Source: a virus (lineage: Duplodnaviria; Caudoviricetes). From it: a stretch of DNA of 28,174 nt. Under the pieces are notes generated by a model. That model saw only the letters and a program-made list of their open reading frames with translations. It was not told the DNA's origin and did no database searches. The DNA is taken from positions 1-28,174 of the IMG/VR virus record IMGVR_UViG_3300005512_000255, one strand, 5' to 3'. The position numbers were made by a program, and so were the translations under genes. Shown here in pieces: positions 1-10,059 of this stretch. Within the stretch, counting starts at the first letter, position 1. Each line of letters starts with the position of its first letter.

Positions 1-1691
1 CTAAATAATTCTTTTTGGGGAGTATCAGAAATACTTAATGTTAATTTATTAAAAAATCCTTTAATACCCGATATATCTTCACCATAAATAATTTCATTTC
101 TTTGTGGCAAAGATTGATTCATTATAGATGAATAGTATTTATTATTTTTCTTTTTAAATCCAGACACGATTAAATCTTGCCATGTATTTTCTATTTCAGC
201 ACTTGTTGTTAAGTATGCATCAATAGGTTTAGCAGTATCGCTGTCAGTTAGCATAGAGGTTATTTCCCAACCTGTACTACCTTCATAATTAATTGTTTTA
301 AAATATTTATTAATTGAAGGTGGTTGATTCATAATAACTTCAACTGTTGAAGCGTTTGAAGCGCTGCCATAAAAAGAATTTCTATTTGCAGTTAAATCAT
401 AATGCTTGTATAAATCATTACTTTCTGCATATGTATAAAAATCTGCATCTAAACTTCCACCAAATATTGGTTTATAAGTAAAGAAAGAGCTCCAACCATT
501 TATTTCTTCATCATAACATAATGTTTTAAAACCTCCCGCAAAATCTCTTAAATAAACAGTTATTGTATCTTGTGAAGCTGGTGCGTTTGTAAACGTAACA
601 ACACCTGTAGACGCATTATATGTATAATCAATATTTGGAGTTAATGCATTTGCCCCACTAGCAATTGTAAATATTTCAATTTGCGATATACTTGTTGGAT
701 CTGGCAAATTAATGGTATTAAAATCTTTATCTACTATAGTAAATGCTAATGAAAAAGCAACATCACTTCCATTGCCAACAAATGTATTTACAATATCAGT
801 TTCTTGTAAAGATAATGTATATTTTTTCTTTTGATTATCCCAAAGCCCTATAAGAGTATCTGCTAATTTTAAATTAGATTTAAAATAATCACGCATTCCA
901 TAATTAGATATTTCAGTAATACCATCTCTTGATAATCTTAAAACACTACCATTGTTTTTATCTGCAAAATATTTTCTACCTGCATAAACAGCAAAACTTT
1001 CAGGGTTTTTACCAATACCATAATTACCAGCATATGCTACAACTTGGCCTAATACCTGATCAGATGCTGTTACTTGAGCATCTCCTTCTGCTGTAAAAAT
1101 AATATCTTTATCTATAAGTATATTATTTACTTTACTTTCTTGAAATACTATTAGGTTATTATCTTCGGCATATAATTTTTGTATAGAGCCAAATGCTGAA
1201 TCAATTGATTTTGTATTTGGAAGCGAAGGATTGAATTGATTTATTTCATTTGTTCTTGTTCTTCCATTATATATACCAGAATATATAAGTGATGCTTCTC
1301 TTGTTTCTTCAGCATATTCAGGATCTGTTATAGAAGCTCTTACCCCAAAATCAACAGTTTTGCCATTAAAAGACCCTTTTATTCTTGATTCTTCTATATG
1401 CCAGTTTTTTACTACTACTAGTATTTCTTTGTTAGCAGGGGGTGGAGATGTAAAAGTTATTTCTCGAATTCTATTTTTATACACATATCCCGTAGCGGAT
1501 TGAAGTTCATTATCAAAATAAACCTGAAAATCTGCAATTGAATTTGGAACAGCATATATAGTATTACCACTTGACTCTGCAATAGTAAATGAAGCTGTAG
1601 CTCCATTGCCCGTACCAATTACTTGATGTGTAACCTCCGAACTCTTTATAACAAAGGTATTAAAGTATTTTATTTCTAATGTTACACTCAT
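1..1691 (-). CDS. Tail muzzle/stabilization protein, C-terminal-half gene (P22 gp10-like family of crAss-like phages); runs off the window edge
   Basis: Absent from the ORF track because it has no stop in the window. Translated by hand from ATG 1691: MSVTLEIKYFNTF...WHIEESRIKGSFNG...ASLIYSGIYNGRTRTNEINQF...FGSIQKLYAEDNNLIVFQESKV...YGIGKNPESFAVY...VLRLSRDGITEISNYGMRDYF...GWSSFFTYKP...FKTINYEGS...PQKELF, open to position 3. Confidence 0.8.
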   Translation of the reverse strand, partial: MSVTLEIKYFNTFVIKSSEVTHQVIGTGNGATASFTIAESSGNTIYAVPNSIADFQVYFDNELQSATGYVYKNRIREITFTSPPPANKEILVVVKNWHIEESRIKGSFNGKTVDFGVRASITDPEYAEETREASLIYSGIYNGRTRTNEINQFNPSLPNTKSIDSAFGSIQKLYAEDNNLIVFQESKVNNILIDKDIIFTAEGDAQVTASDQVLGQVVAYAGNYGIGKNPESFAVYAGRKYFADKNNGSVLRLSRDGITEISNYGMRDYFKSNLKLADTLIGLWDNQKKKYTLSLQETDIVNTFVGNGSDVAFSLAFTIVDKDFNTINLPDPTSISQIEIFTIASGANALTPNIDYTYNASTGVVTFTNAPASQDTITVYLRDFAGGFKTLCYDEEINGWSSFFTYKPIFGGSLDADFYTYAESNDLYKHYDLTANRNSFYGSASNASTVEVIMNQPPSINKYFKTINYEGSTGWEITSMLTDSDTAKPIDAYLTTSAEIENTWQDLIVSGFKKKNNKYYSSIMNQSLPQRNEIIYGEDISGIKGFFNKLTLSISDTPQKELF

Positions 1692-1721
1692 AGTATTATT
1701 ATTACATTTATTATTAAAATA

Positions 1722-4700
1722 TTAAGGACAAGTATATTTACCTGTTATAGTCCCCGCCGAATCAATTTGATAAGCTGTTTTAGTGCTACCTATAGTTATA
1801 TAAGCAGTTCCATTAAAATATTGTTGTTGTGTTACATACCAATTACCATCTCCAACAAACACTCCGCCTTGGTCCCCAACTCCACCTTTTGCTGCTTCGT
1901 CGCTCGCATATAATTTATCTCCTATGTTATTATCAGCTGTAGTTGCATAAAATGCATACGTACTGCCTATTGACGCGCTACACGCAGCTGTTTCACTGGA
2001 TGCGGAGCTATTCGCCATTATGAGCCTATACATAGAACCTAAACCTAAAATTTGTCTATCATGAGTAACACTTACTGTCCAAGCGGTACCCCCTGTTGGT
2101 GTAGCTATGAAGTCAAATGACCCGCTAGACGCGATAGATGGTATTGAAACCGTTACTGTTGCACTTCCGTTTGAAGTAAATGGACTTAGGCTTAATGTTA
2201 CACCTCCCATGCTACTTACATTAGCAAGAGAATAACTAATAGCACCAGTTGCAGCGACTACAAAAGTTACAGGAGATTCAACACCATTTATGCTATAATG
2301 AGTATGTGTACTAGTTGTTGAGTTTTTTTGTACACCCCCTACTGTTATACCATTAACTTGATTAGTAACTCCCGCCGGTACTAATACTACATTTGCATAT
2401 CCGCTTGTATCTCCAGATAATATATTTGCATTTCCACTAATATTTATTTTTGTATTATCATTTGGATCTATTCCTGCAGTTAATGTAAAAGGATTACCAC
2501 TTGAGTGGCTTGTTAATTGTATATAATTTGGAACAATTGGATTATCTCCTTGATAATATACTATAGGAGTAGATGTAAAATTACCCGCCGATGCAGTTAT
2601 CACGGAGGTATCCATAGGTACATTATTTGTATTAGCGGCTCCTGATGCACTAATTACACTTTGGCTTGCCGTATACCCTGCATTTGACATTGTTAATCCA
2701 ACAGCAGATACATAATTTACAGATGTAGTAATAGTTATATTAAAAGAATAATTAATATTATTATTTGCGGATTGATTTGGATTTGTTCCACTAAAACCTA
2801 TTGTTATACTATTATCACCATTTTCTGTTACTACATATGAAAATCCACCTGTATTACTTACAGAAGACACCATTCCTGAAGTTAAGTTAATACTTGCGTG
2901 GGTAAAAGTAAATTGCATTTGATTTGTAAATGAACTACCTATAGCTGATGTATTATATGTATATGTTTTAGAAGAAGCGCTTGAAAGCGAAACACCTGAC
3001 GCTAAATTAGAACCACCAGAATTAAAAGACATTGTAAGACTAGCTGTTGGTGACGCGCAGGCTGTTACTGATAAATTAACTGTTTCAGAAAACGAATCTG
3101 TACCCGCTTCTGTTGGTGATACCGCTGCAGTACTTCCAGCAACACTTCCATCTGTTACAGCCTTCTCATTATAAGCTTTTATCACAATACTTCCTGCGGA
3201 TGTAGTACCCGATATATCAGTACAAGAACCCTGTCCTATAAGTTGTAATTGGTAGTTATTAATAATAGAAGCGCTAATTAAAGAGCTTGTTGCATTATTA
3301 GATGTAATTTCAAAAAACTTACCTGATGTATTGCTATAATAATTTCTTAAATCAATTGTTTGTGATGAATTTATTACAGTTGACTGGTTAGGTATTCCTG
3401 TGCTTACTACCTCTCTACTTGGTTGTACAATATTAAATGGAAAATCAGCGGCTAAAGGGTTTGTAAAATTTCCACCTGGGGTTATATTTAAAATTAAAGT
3501 TCTTAAAGTTGCTGAATTTACAACTGGTATATTGGTTGATTGGCCATCAGTCAAAGGATTCCCAAGTAAAGAAACACTATTTAAAGAATCACCTTGTTGA
3601 ATTGTTCCTATTGTAAATACCCCTGTTGGCGAAATGCTAAATCCACTTGGAACAGCATGCTGCTCTATTGTATAAGTTCCTCCTGTCGAAGCTGGTTGTG
3701 TTACTGTTCTTACTGCTGTATATAAATATACATTTGCTCCTGAATTTGTATATCCTGAAGTAGGCACCTGAATTCTTATAGTATTGCTAGCTGAACTGTA
3801 TGTTTGGGCTGTTCCATCTGATCTACCTAATGTTACTTGAACTGTATCTGTCTGACTTGGATTTGGAGAAACCGTACCTTGGTATAATACTTCTGGTGAA
3901 TTACCTGCAACTGTTGTCACAGTTCCATTTGAAGCAACACTAATTGTTCCTGTCCATTCTGCAACTGTAAATTCACCTAATTCAGGTGTTGTTACTTCAA
4001 TAGGTCCCTGTACATTTGTTCCTACTGAATTTGTTGCCCATGCCCAAACATAATATAAACTATTTATGCTTGCGTCTGCTTTAGTATGTGTATATGTGCC
4101 TATACCACCACTTGGGTCTGTAATAAGATCCGCATCTCCATAAACATTAGTTGTACCTATTCTAAATCCTCTCGCTGTAACTACAGCATTTCCATTATTA
4201 CTAATTGTAGCTGAAACTTCTAAAGATGCATTTGATCCGCCTGTTGCCGTAGTTGAAACTAAAGATAAATCAGAAAATAATGGTACAGTAATATTTAATC
4301 CAGGTGTAGCGTCTTGTTGAACAGTAGTTGAAATAATTATATTTGTGCCTGCATTTGTATACCCATTAGGAGCTGTAATAGTTAATTTAGCTATTCTATT
4401 TGTATTTGTACTTACAGCAAAATATCTAAAATCAGTATCTGCTGCAGCATCTGGAACTGCGTTTACATATTCAACAGATTGTAATGAGCCAACATTTATT
4501 GATGGCGCTGTTATTTCACCATCTTGAGCAACAGCAAAATTTGATATTGTAACATTTGCTGAAGTAAATTCACCTGTTTCTAAAGCATTTAATTCATTAA
4601 TTTTTCCAGAAGTAGATGTTTCATAAAATATATCAATTGTACTTTCTACAGGCAAAGTTTCAAATACAGCTAAATCAATATATTTACCTCTTTTTATATA

Positions 4701-7301
4701 CGAAGTAACAGATAAATCTGGTTTTACAGTATTGTCAGTTGCTGTATCATCGGTAAACAACATTCTAACTCCTAACGCGTCAGATCTATTTGAAGTTATA
4801 TCATAAGGTGGCAATTGAGCAATTAAATGATTATTTTGGCTTTGATAAAAAGGACCACCTGCATCATCATATATTTGTGAACTTCTAGTAAATTCTTGAA
4901 TTCTATCTATAGTTATAGAATTAAAATCAGATAATTTACCTATACCTAATATTGGTATTTCATCAATATCTACTAAACTCTGTGCTAATTTGATTGAATT
5001 AAATTCAATAGTTTTTATTATTTGGCCAGAAGACGGGTCTGTAAATTCTATTTCAGAGTAACCTGTTGCCGCATTAACATCTTGTACTTTATTAAAAGTT
5101 AATTGGGTAATTTCTAAAAATCCTACATCAGCATTAGCATTTAATTCTGGGAATGTTAAAGACCATACTTTTTGTTTTTTGCCCGCTTCTAATGAAACAC
5201 TAACCGCAGAAGAAACAAGATCTCCTGCGCTAGCAATAGTGCTGGTACATGGAACATATGTAAATGTTCTTGCGCTGCTTGTGTCTCTATTAAATATTTG
5301 ATATTGATTACAAGAATAAACCATTGCTGAAGTAGTAGCGGTAGTTCCACCTGTAGCTGCACTTCTTGTTCCTGTTGTTGAAGTTGTTGTTGTATAAAAA
5401 GCTGTGTTTATTATTTTAGGATATAATAGCACGTCTGATTTAGCTATTGACGTTTCTCCTATTGTTTCTGATAATCTTGGAACTTTATTAATATTATCTC
5501 CAAATAAAGTTATATATGAATTATTATCAACTATTGTTGCTCCTGGTGTATAAACATTATAATAATCTTGCTCTAGTTGTTTAACAACTATTTTATAAGA
5601 ATACCAACCATAAGGATTATATGTTGCATATATACCACTAGATAATTCATTTGAATAAACATTATCGTCAGGAATTAATTTACCATTTTGAGCATTAAAA
5701 GTAATTTTTAAATTATCACCAATCCAACTATTAAATTCCGCGGCCGTGCCTCTTGCTGGAACGGTAATAATACTATCTGAAACTGTTGTAGGTAATAATA
5801 CTGGGGATTGTCTTCCAAATATATCAGCAAGTACAACTCCAACTTGATATGTACGTCTTTGTTTTAAAGAGCTATCAGGATATTCATGATTTGCTAATAC
5901 AATTGTAATTACAGCTCCGTTTGCTGGGGCTGTATTAAAAGTAATAACGCCTGTAGTGCCATCATAACCATATTCCGTACTTGCTAAAAGCACGTCATTT
6001 ATGTATACATTAAATTGATTAGTGTTATTTGGTATTAAATTTTGATCAGGGGTGACAGGTGATTTTATTGTTAAAGTAAATTCGGTTTCTATAGCATCAC
6101 CAGTAAAAGTTTGTGTTCCTTTTGCTCCATATGAAACATTGTAATCTAATGTAGGTATTTCAATATTTTGAGAATAATTACCAAATACTAATCTGTTCCC
6201 AACTATATCTAAAGCTTTTGCTTTTGTAGGTACATTATCAAAAACCCTAGTTATTTGATTTTCAGGTAAAGCGTTTTGAGGAGTGTCTGATTTATAAGTG
6301 TAATTATAAAAAGTAGATAAAATATTAGCATCTGTTAAAGTTTTTGTTTCTAATACTCTTGCAACAGTGCTATCAGATTCTTTAATTATAAATTCAATTT
6401 CTTTTATTTCAAAATCTGCATTAGGATTTATAGAAGGTAATTCAACACCAATAATAACTTTATTAGTATTATTAATCATTCCATCTAATTCAGTTGACTC
6501 ATAAGCTCTAATTTCTGCAGCTTCGTCAAATTCACCGTATTCGCTTCCTGGTTTATATGAATGTTTAAATGCTATTTGGGAAAAAGGAGCTAATACAGAA
6601 TATTCATTATCATTAAATTTAAACCTATATGAAAAACGTACAAATTCTTCTTCAATGTAATCATTATCAATATTAGCATCATTAGTCATTGTTGAAGTTG
6701 CTGAAATTCCCGTATCAGTCATTAATATAGGAGCAGTATAAGGAGCGTATTTAGCTAAACTAATTTTTAATTCATTATTATAAAACGAAGGATTTGAAAT
6801 AGCTTTTACAACATTTATACGTCTTGGTTGATTTTTATTGTCTGTCCAAAACAATAAATCATCAATCATAGCAATTCCTGTGATTTTATATTTTTTACTA
6901 AATTTTAAAAATCTCCCTCCTACAATTTCTTTTGCAGTTTTATACGTGTTACTTGAAGGATCGGCGTCATAATAATAAATTGCATGAAATCTATTTTGTG
7001 TTAATGCGGAATTTATATACCAATCATTTTCATATAAATCATTATTATCAGTTAAAAACCAATATATACGTTTATTTTTTTCATCAAAATACGTGCCTAT
7101 AACATCAATATCAGTAGATAAATTTAATGCAGTATGTGCTAATGAATTTCCTGCCGCATTTTGAAGCACGCCTACATTTGCTCCATCTGTTTTTAAAACC
7201 TCAATATTTTGCGCATCCCTATATTCTCCTGGCGGCAATAATCTGTCATCAAGGTCTTTATTCATTTTCCCTTTCAGGAAATTGTTTTTAATTTCAGGCA
7301 T
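1722..7301 (-). CDS. Tail muzzle/stabilization protein, N-terminal-half gene, with about 950 aa of C-terminal Ser/Thr-rich beta-domain extension
   Basis: 1859 aa. Motifs KNNFLKGKMNKDLDDRLLPPGEYRDAQNI, LFWTDNKNQPRRINV, VRFSYRFKF, RVFDNVPTKAKA, GNRLVFGNY, SLKQRRTYQVGVVLADIFGRQSPV and VFETLPVES..IFYETS; position after the ring proteins. Confidence 0.8.
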   Translation of the reverse strand: MPEIKNNFLKGKMNKDLDDRLLPPGEYRDAQNIEVLKTDGANVGVLQNAAGNSLAHTALNLSTDIDVIGTYFDEKNKRIYWFLTDNNDLYENDWYINSALTQNRFHAIYYYDADPSSNTYKTAKEIVGGRFLKFSKKYKITGIAMIDDLLFWTDNKNQPRRINVVKAISNPSFYNNELKISLAKYAPYTAPILMTDTGISATSTMTNDANIDNDYIEEEFVRFSYRFKFNDNEYSVLAPFSQIAFKHSYKPGSEYGEFDEAAEIRAYESTELDGMINNTNKVIIGVELPSINPNADFEIKEIEFIIKESDSTVARVLETKTLTDANILSTFYNYTYKSDTPQNALPENQITRVFDNVPTKAKALDIVGNRLVFGNYSQNIEIPTLDYNVSYGAKGTQTFTGDAIETEFTLTIKSPVTPDQNLIPNNTNQFNVYINDVLLASTEYGYDGTTGVITFNTAPANGAVITIVLANHEYPDSSLKQRRTYQVGVVLADIFGRQSPVLLPTTVSDSIITVPARGTAAEFNSWIGDNLKITFNAQNGKLIPDDNVYSNELSSGIYATYNPYGWYSYKIVVKQLEQDYYNVYTPGATIVDNNSYITLFGDNINKVPRLSETIGETSIAKSDVLLYPKIINTAFYTTTTSTTGTRSAATGGTTATTSAMVYSCNQYQIFNRDTSSARTFTYVPCTSTIASAGDLVSSAVSVSLEAGKKQKVWSLTFPELNANADVGFLEITQLTFNKVQDVNAATGYSEIEFTDPSSGQIIKTIEFNSIKLAQSLVDIDEIPILGIGKLSDFNSITIDRIQEFTRSSQIYDDAGGPFYQSQNNHLIAQLPPYDITSNRSDALGVRMLFTDDTATDNTVKPDLSVTSYIKRGKYIDLAVFETLPVESTIDIFYETSTSGKINELNALETGEFTSANVTISNFAVAQDGEITAPSINVGSLQSVEYVNAVPDAAADTDFRYFAVSTNTNRIAKLTITAPNGYTNAGTNIIISTTVQQDATPGLNITVPLFSDLSLVSTTATGGSNASLEVSATISNNGNAVVTARGFRIGTTNVYGDADLITDPSGGIGTYTHTKADASINSLYYVWAWATNSVGTNVQGPIEVTTPELGEFTVAEWTGTISVASNGTVTTVAGNSPEVLYQGTVSPNPSQTDTVQVTLGRSDGTAQTYSSASNTIRIQVPTSGYTNSGANVYLYTAVRTVTQPASTGGTYTIEQHAVPSGFSISPTGVFTIGTIQQGDSLNSVSLLGNPLTDGQSTNIPVVNSATLRTLILNITPGGNFTNPLAADFPFNIVQPSREVVSTGIPNQSTVINSSQTIDLRNYYSNTSGKFFEITSNNATSSLISASIINNYQLQLIGQGSCTDISGTTSAGSIVIKAYNEKAVTDGSVAGSTAAVSPTEAGTDSFSETVNLSVTACASPTASLTMSFNSGGSNLASGVSLSSASSKTYTYNTSAIGSSFTNQMQFTFTHASINLTSGMVSSVSNTGGFSYVVTENGDNSITIGFSGTNPNQSANNNINYSFNITITTSVNYVSAVGLTMSNAGYTASQSVISASGAANTNNVPMDTSVITASAGNFTSTPIVYYQGDNPIVPNYIQLTSHSSGNPFTLTAGIDPNDNTKINISGNANILSGDTSGYANVVLVPAGVTNQVNGITVGGVQKNSTTSTHTHYSINGVESPVTFVVAATGAISYSLANVSSMGGVTLSLSPFTSNGSATVTVSIPSIASSGSFDFIATPTGGTAWTVSVTHDRQILGLGSMYRLIMANSSASSETAACSASIGSTYAFYATTADNNIGDKLYASDEAAKGGVGDQGGVFVGDGNWYVTQQQYFNGTAYITIGSTKTAYQIDSAGTITGKYTCP

Positions 7302-7304
7302 TTA

Positions 7305-8408
7305 TTAATGTTTTATCTGTTTAGATTTACCTCTCATTATTTGAGTAAGCTCTCTTAATTTAATATTTGATAATCTAAGTTTTGCATTTCGCATTGCAGC
7401 TCTTCTTTCTCTTCTATACCTATTTACTATGTATTCAGGAATATTTGATTTAGTTGATAAAATAGCATATGCAATATATTTATATAATGCTTCTTCTGCT
7501 AATTTATGTATTTGCATTTCAGCATCTGTGCCAAGCCCATCTGAAACATAATGAATAGTTAATATTTTTTCTGCAAGATTACTGCTAAACCCAAACTGCC
7601 CGTTTACTTCATCATGCACAAATACCCCATTTACTTGCAAGTGCTCAGGTGTGCTTCCGTATCTTCTACCATATCCTATTATACTATCACTATAATCTGA
7701 ATTATGTGTAAAATAATCATTTGCACTTGCTGAACCTAAAGCTGCATTAGTTTCAATTCCTTGAAATAATCTTGAAGTTTCAGAAGTACCTAATAATAAA
7801 GAATTATCATTATCATATAAGTAATCACCTTGTGAGTCTTGTAGTATTGATTGAGAAGGTCTTGATGTTTGATTTGTAGGATATATAATTCTTTCTAATC
7901 CGTTATCATCAATCCAAGAAAGCTTTACATAATTTACGTAATCCTGGGGCATTGGTACTACCAGTGTAGAGGGTATTTGCACTTCTTGTATTTTTTCAAC
8001 CCTTGTAATATCATAACTAAATTCTTGTATAGCTCTTTTTGCATGAAATAAAACGTCTTGCTTTCTAGCATGGTCAATTATTTTACCATCCCCTATATAT
8101 GATATTATAAAATTATTTATTATATCTGCAAGAGGAATATATCTATAATTTCCTGTATTTGGACTGTCAAGTAAAATTTTAATAGCAGCATTATTTGCAG
8201 GTGCTGTTGTAAATGTAACAACCCCTGTTGAGCTATTATAAGAATGTAAATCATTATCAATTTCATCTCCATTTATAAATACTCTAAATTCTGATTCAGC
8301 TGAGGGAAGTGGGATAAATGTTAAAGTAAAAGTTGTAGTAGACCCGTCCCCTGTAAATAGCTGATGCCCTTCGTAATATTCTCTAGCTGTTTGTGTTATT
8401 AGTCCCAT
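7305..8408 (-). CDS. Tail ring/tubular structural protein with an N-proximal inserted beta-domain
   Basis: 367 aa. DVLFHAKRAIQEFSYD, MPQDYVNYVKLSWID, LHYVSDGL-like segment and RNAKLRLSNIKL..LTQIMRGKSKQIKH end; synteny between capsid genes and muzzle. Confidence 0.65.
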   Translation of the reverse strand: MGLITQTAREYYEGHQLFTGDGSTTTFTLTFIPLPSAESEFRVFINGDEIDNDLHSYNSSTGVVTFTTAPANNAAIKILLDSPNTGNYRYIPLADIINNFIISYIGDGKIIDHARKQDVLFHAKRAIQEFSYDITRVEKIQEVQIPSTLVVPMPQDYVNYVKLSWIDDNGLERIIYPTNQTSRPSQSILQDSQGDYLYDNDNSLLLGTSETSRLFQGIETNAALGSASANDYFTHNSDYSDSIIGYGRRYGSTPEHLQVNGVFVHDEVNGQFGFSSNLAEKILTIHYVSDGLGTDAEMQIHKLAEEALYKYIAYAILSTKSNIPEYIVNRYRRERRAAMRNAKLRLSNIKLRELTQIMRGKSKQIKH

Positions 8409-8411
8409 TTA

Positions 8412-9113
8412 TTAAGAATTTTCTTGATTTATTTTTTGAATTTCTTCTTGTTTAACCACCTGAACAACATTAGGATCTTTTATAGTAACTCCTGCTAAAA
8501 GCAGTATTTTTGTAATTAATGCAACTTCTTCAGAATCATGTAAACTAAAATTTACAGAACTTATACTTGAATATTGCATGTCCCCATATGTTGCTCCTGA
8601 TGTAAACGCCCATATTGGGTCAGATGGTTTAAATATATAATCTATAGTAGCGGAAGATATAGTGCTTGGTAATATATAAAAAAAACTTCCTTGTTTATAA
8701 TAAATTGGATACGAAACACTTGGTGTTGTAAGTTTTGATGAAGTTATATATGGTAAATCTGATTTTTGTATTTCTTCAACCTCTATAGCCCTTGAACCCG
8801 TGCTAACCATTATGCATTTATATAAATTTGTAGGAACTGATGCAACTCCATTTGTAAAATTTAATGTAGCTGATATTGAAAATACATCAATTTTTTGTTT
8901 TGTATTTTTAGCAAGATTTGCATATTCATCATTAATGCTTCCTGTTTCTTTTCTTGTTAAGTAGCGATTATAATCTAAAAAAGCCTTATCTAATAAATCA
9001 AGTTGTGCCATTCTGGCAAACCTATTATATTGATCCGGCGTTAAAAATCCTCGTTGCTCTCTATTTAATAGTGATAGAACGGTTCTATAAACAGTATTTA
9101 CATTAATGGCCAT
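8412..9113 (-). CDS. Tail ring / head-tail adaptor protein (tail tubular protein A / P22 gp4-like role inferred)
   Basis: 233 aa. VYRTVLSLLNREQRGFLTPDQYNRFARMAQL N-terminus and LHDSEEVALITKILLLAGVTIKD C-terminus; synteny. Confidence 0.6.
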   Translation of the reverse strand: MAINVNTVYRTVLSLLNREQRGFLTPDQYNRFARMAQLDLLDKAFLDYNRYLTRKETGSINDEYANLAKNTKQKIDVFSISATLNFTNGVASVPTNLYKCIMVSTGSRAIEVEEIQKSDLPYITSSKLTTPSVSYPIYYKQGSFFYILPSTISSATIDYIFKPSDPIWAFTSGATYGDMQYSSISSVNFSLHDSEEVALITKILLLAGVTIKDPNVVQVVKQEEIQKINQENS

Positions 9114-9125
9114 ATTATATCTTTT

Positions 9126-9156
9126 ATAGCCGTTGGCCCCGAAGGGCCTTAGCTAT
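9126..9156 (-). other. Stable RNA hairpin with a C(UUCG)G tetraloop in an intergenic region, lacking a U-tract
   Basis: Minus strand ATAGCT-AA-GGCCC-TTCG-GGGCC-AAC-GGCTAT, followed by AAAAG; it ends 12 nt before the ATG at 9113. Confidence 0.65.
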
Positions 9157-9162
9157 TATTAA

Positions 9163-9987
9163 TTATTTTAATCTTTTTTCAATCGCATCATACACGTCTA
9201 CTCCTTCATCTGTTTTAAAGAATTGTGTAAGTGCTGAATATGGGTTTTCTTCATATGGTACAGTAACTAATTTTTTATTAGTTGATGCCCAAGTAAAAGT
9301 TCTTTGATCGTCAGATAATTTTATAATACCTGCCTCAACAGCTCTAATACCCATATTTCTAATATTTATATTTTCGTCATTTGCTAATTCTAAGAACAAA
9401 ACTGGATTTTGCTTAGCCATTTTAATCAAATCACGTTTAAGCTCACTAGAGCTCATCTTAGATGCTCTAGAACCAGCCTCAACACGCACTATTGCTTCCA
9501 TATGATCAATATCCATGCTCATTGCTAAATTTAAAGCTTCAACTTCTAATTCAATCATATCTAATTCATCCTCTGCAACAGCTTCTGGATCAAATTCAAA
9601 AAATAATGCATTTCTTTGTGGGTGATATAATGATAAAAGTTTTTGTAATGTTTGTTTTTCTTTTGGAACATTTAAAGTCCCATCTGTAAATGTAATGTGT
9701 GCTAATTGAGCGTCACCTTTAAATTCATCTACAAAAGGTGTTCTTTGATTTACAGTATATTTAAGTTCTCTTTCATAACCTTTTTCTTCATCAAAGTAAT
9801 ATATGTTAGAGCTTTTTATAGTATATGTTAATGGCGCTAAACCATCTTTTAGTGCATATACTCTATCTTTTATAACCCAGCCTGTATTTTTTGGCGTAGG
9901 TTTTGGTTCTTTTTTTATTTTTACTTGAGTAGGTGTATCCACAACTATCTCATTTTCGCTCTTTTGAGCTTTTGCTTTTTTTGTCAT
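9163..9987 (-). CDS. Conserved protein immediately downstream of the major capsid gene (probably virion or head associated)
   Basis: 274 aa. Basic flexible N-terminus, YFDEEKGYERELKY, helical C-terminal half; position only, function unknown. Confidence 0.55.
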   Translation of the reverse strand: MTKKAKAQKSENEIVVDTPTQVKIKKEPKPTPKNTGWVIKDRVYALKDGLAPLTYTIKSSNIYYFDEEKGYERELKYTVNQRTPFVDEFKGDAQLAHITFTDGTLNVPKEKQTLQKLLSLYHPQRNALFFEFDPEAVAEDELDMIELEVEALNLAMSMDIDHMEAIVRVEAGSRASKMSSSELKRDLIKMAKQNPVLFLELANDENINIRNMGIRAVEAGIIKLSDDQRTFTWASTNKKLVTVPYEENPYSALTQFFKTDEGVDVYDAIEKRLK

Positions 9988-10009
9988 GATATAATATAAT
10001 ATAAATTAA

Positions 10010-10051
10010 TAAAAAGTAAAGCTAGGGCGATAAAACACGCCCTGCTCTACT
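10010..10051 (-). terminator. Rho-independent terminator after the major capsid gene
   Basis: Minus strand AGTAGAGC-AGGGCG-TGTTTTAT-CGCCCT-A-GCTTTACT then TTTTATT, starting 8 nt after the MCP stop. Confidence 0.8.
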
Positions 10052-10059
10052 GTGAAAAA

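Noticed and set aside
1692-1721. Frameshift or readthrough joining the two muzzle genes
   Set aside because: Clean TAA, a 30-nt AT-rich gap containing further in-frame stops, and a proper ATG; no slippery site evident.
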